This document shows positions 62,459 through 64,000 of a stretch of DNA of 64,000 bases, one piece after another; position 1 is the stretch's first letter; each line of letters starts with the position of its first letter. The DNA comes from Dipteris shenzhenensis. Its lineage: Eukaryota. The stretch is taken from assembly GCA_047967505.1 (NCBI GenBank), contig CM106538.1. One strand, 5' to 3'. A program made the position numbers and the translations under genes. The notes beneath the pieces were generated by a model. The model did no database searches and was not told the origin of the DNA. It saw nothing but the letters and a program-made list of their open reading frames with translations.

Positions 62459-64000
62459 TGTTGAGATATCGAGCTCCACACTCGCGATATGCCAGGGTGA
62501 CTGTTGTGCATTTATGTCACCGACTTGTTAGCTGGAGATGCGGTTGGTACACCGCTCATGAATAATAGCTAGATGACAGCTATCCTTATCTACACTAGTT
62601 AGTATGCCACCTTAGTTAGTTGAGTTTGGTTTGAGACCCACATATAGGGTTCTTCTATTTCTTTGTACTAGAGTTCTTTTGGCTTTCACAACTAAGAAGA
62701 GGAAAACTGTTTTCAGCCTCCACCTTTGTGTGTATTCCCCCATTGTGCATGTGTGAAAGCCGCAAGTGAGACTCCTTCCCTCTCTCCCACAATCTTCACA
62801 TGGTATCAGAGCCTTGTTCATGGTAAGGAGCTCAAGAAAGCAAGCCAAGTTCGTGGTGTCCTGGTAAGAGGACCAGTGTTGCTTTCCTATTTCGAGTTTG
62901 GGAGCAAATCTCTGCAGGTAGCACAGCCAGAAGTGCAGGAGTGCACTATTTCAGATTGAGACGTCCTTCGCGGTGTGGTGAGAGCGCAGTATATGCTGCG
63001 GGTGAAGGCGAAGCCCTCAGTGACTTTATTTTTCTGATTTGAGGCCGTTTCGGGGCCCGTTTTGAAGGCGGAAGTTCTTCGCAGGCACTCAGAAAAAGGC
63101 CCTGTTTTTTGCTGTGCGACCACTGCGCGGCTAGTCAGTGGAAAGGTGCCGCAGAAATTGCATCGTATGCCTGTGTGCAGAGATATTGGGAGTTGCAGAT
63201 TCATGCCTGTTGCCTGTTGATGCAAAATCGTCACTAGGAAGTGACTGTGTGGTGAAATACCAATTTCGTCAGTTTTGCAGATCTGCCCGTGTGGGGCAAA
63301 AGCTGTGTTTTTTGCAGTGATAGAATATTTTGCAGTGTTCTGTAATGGCATCTGATTCTCTTTCACAGATTGTCACTGAAAAGCTTGACAAGAACAACTT
63401 CTAGGCATGGAAGTTTAGAATGACAAATTTCTTGATGGGAAAAGGCTAATGGGAATTCATTACAGGAAATGAAGAAGAACCTGTTCTTCCTAATGTTCCC
63501 AGTCAACAGGAAATGCAGGCATTCAAAGGATGGCATGAGAGAGCCAGGAAAGTTATGTACTGGCTGTCTATCAATATTTCGGACTCCATGATTGTGCATA
63601 TTCAGGATGCAAATACGCCAAAGGAGGCATGGGATACTTTGGCAAAAATGTATAGCACAAATACGCAAGCCAGGAAAATGCAACTCAAACAGGAGTTGCA
63701 CAATGTGCAAAGAGAAAATTTGAGCATAAATGACTACCACATGAAAGTGAAGAAAATTGCAGATGCACTTGCTTCCATTGGGTCGCCAGTGGATGATGAC
63801 GATTTGGTTTCTGTGACCTTGAATGGTCTAGGAAAGGATTATGCACAATTCCGGACATCCATTTCCGTCCGTGAAAAATTTCCAGATTTTGAGGAGTTGA
63901 TTGCTCTTCTAATTTCTGAAGAGCAGAGAAATGGGGGTGCATCTTCTTCAGCAGGAACTTCAAAAGAAACTGTCTTCTACTCAAATGCTGGCAGAGGTAG
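62459..64000 (+). mobile_element. Ty1/copia family A, 5' portion: LTR, PBS, leader and gag, running off the window
   Basis: LTR 62459-62800 matches the reverse complement of 42231-42584. PBS 62801-62812. Gag ATG at 63345 with stops at 63402-63404 and 63447-63449. Confidence 0.95.

Noticed and set aside
36254-62800. One large inverted duplication (family B LTRs and family A copies are both in opposite orientations)
   Set aside because: The order of the repeats is not mirror-symmetric and the flanks are unrelated, so independent insertions are the simpler explanation.

Overview
Repeat-dense nuclear DNA from a land plant. The PPR style and transposon set suggest a fern or other seed-free vascular plant (inference). 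There is one clearly intact host gene: an intronless caffeoyl shikimate esterase (CSE, 16075-17031, minus strand) with AC/SMRE-like MYB sites upstream. A disrupted PLS-E PPR pseudogene lies at about 8811-10630. Between the two is a degenerate Helitron-family element whose Rep-PIF1 helicase frame is followed by an APE-type endonuclease, i.e. a Helentron-like architecture, ending in a hairpin plus CTAG. At about 38.2-40.0 kb is a decayed minus-strand cassette of protein kinase, unknown ORF and coiled-coil/RING-H2; the kinase is not in the ORF track. The rest is nested transposon debris: a LINE, two largely complete Ty3/gypsy elements (one a chromovirus whose 3' LTR is followed by a second PBS), several Ty1/copia copies, hAT and CACTA remnants, microsatellites, small tandem duplications and a foldback. 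All calls come from manual reading and translation; no database searches were run and degenerate boundaries are approximate.
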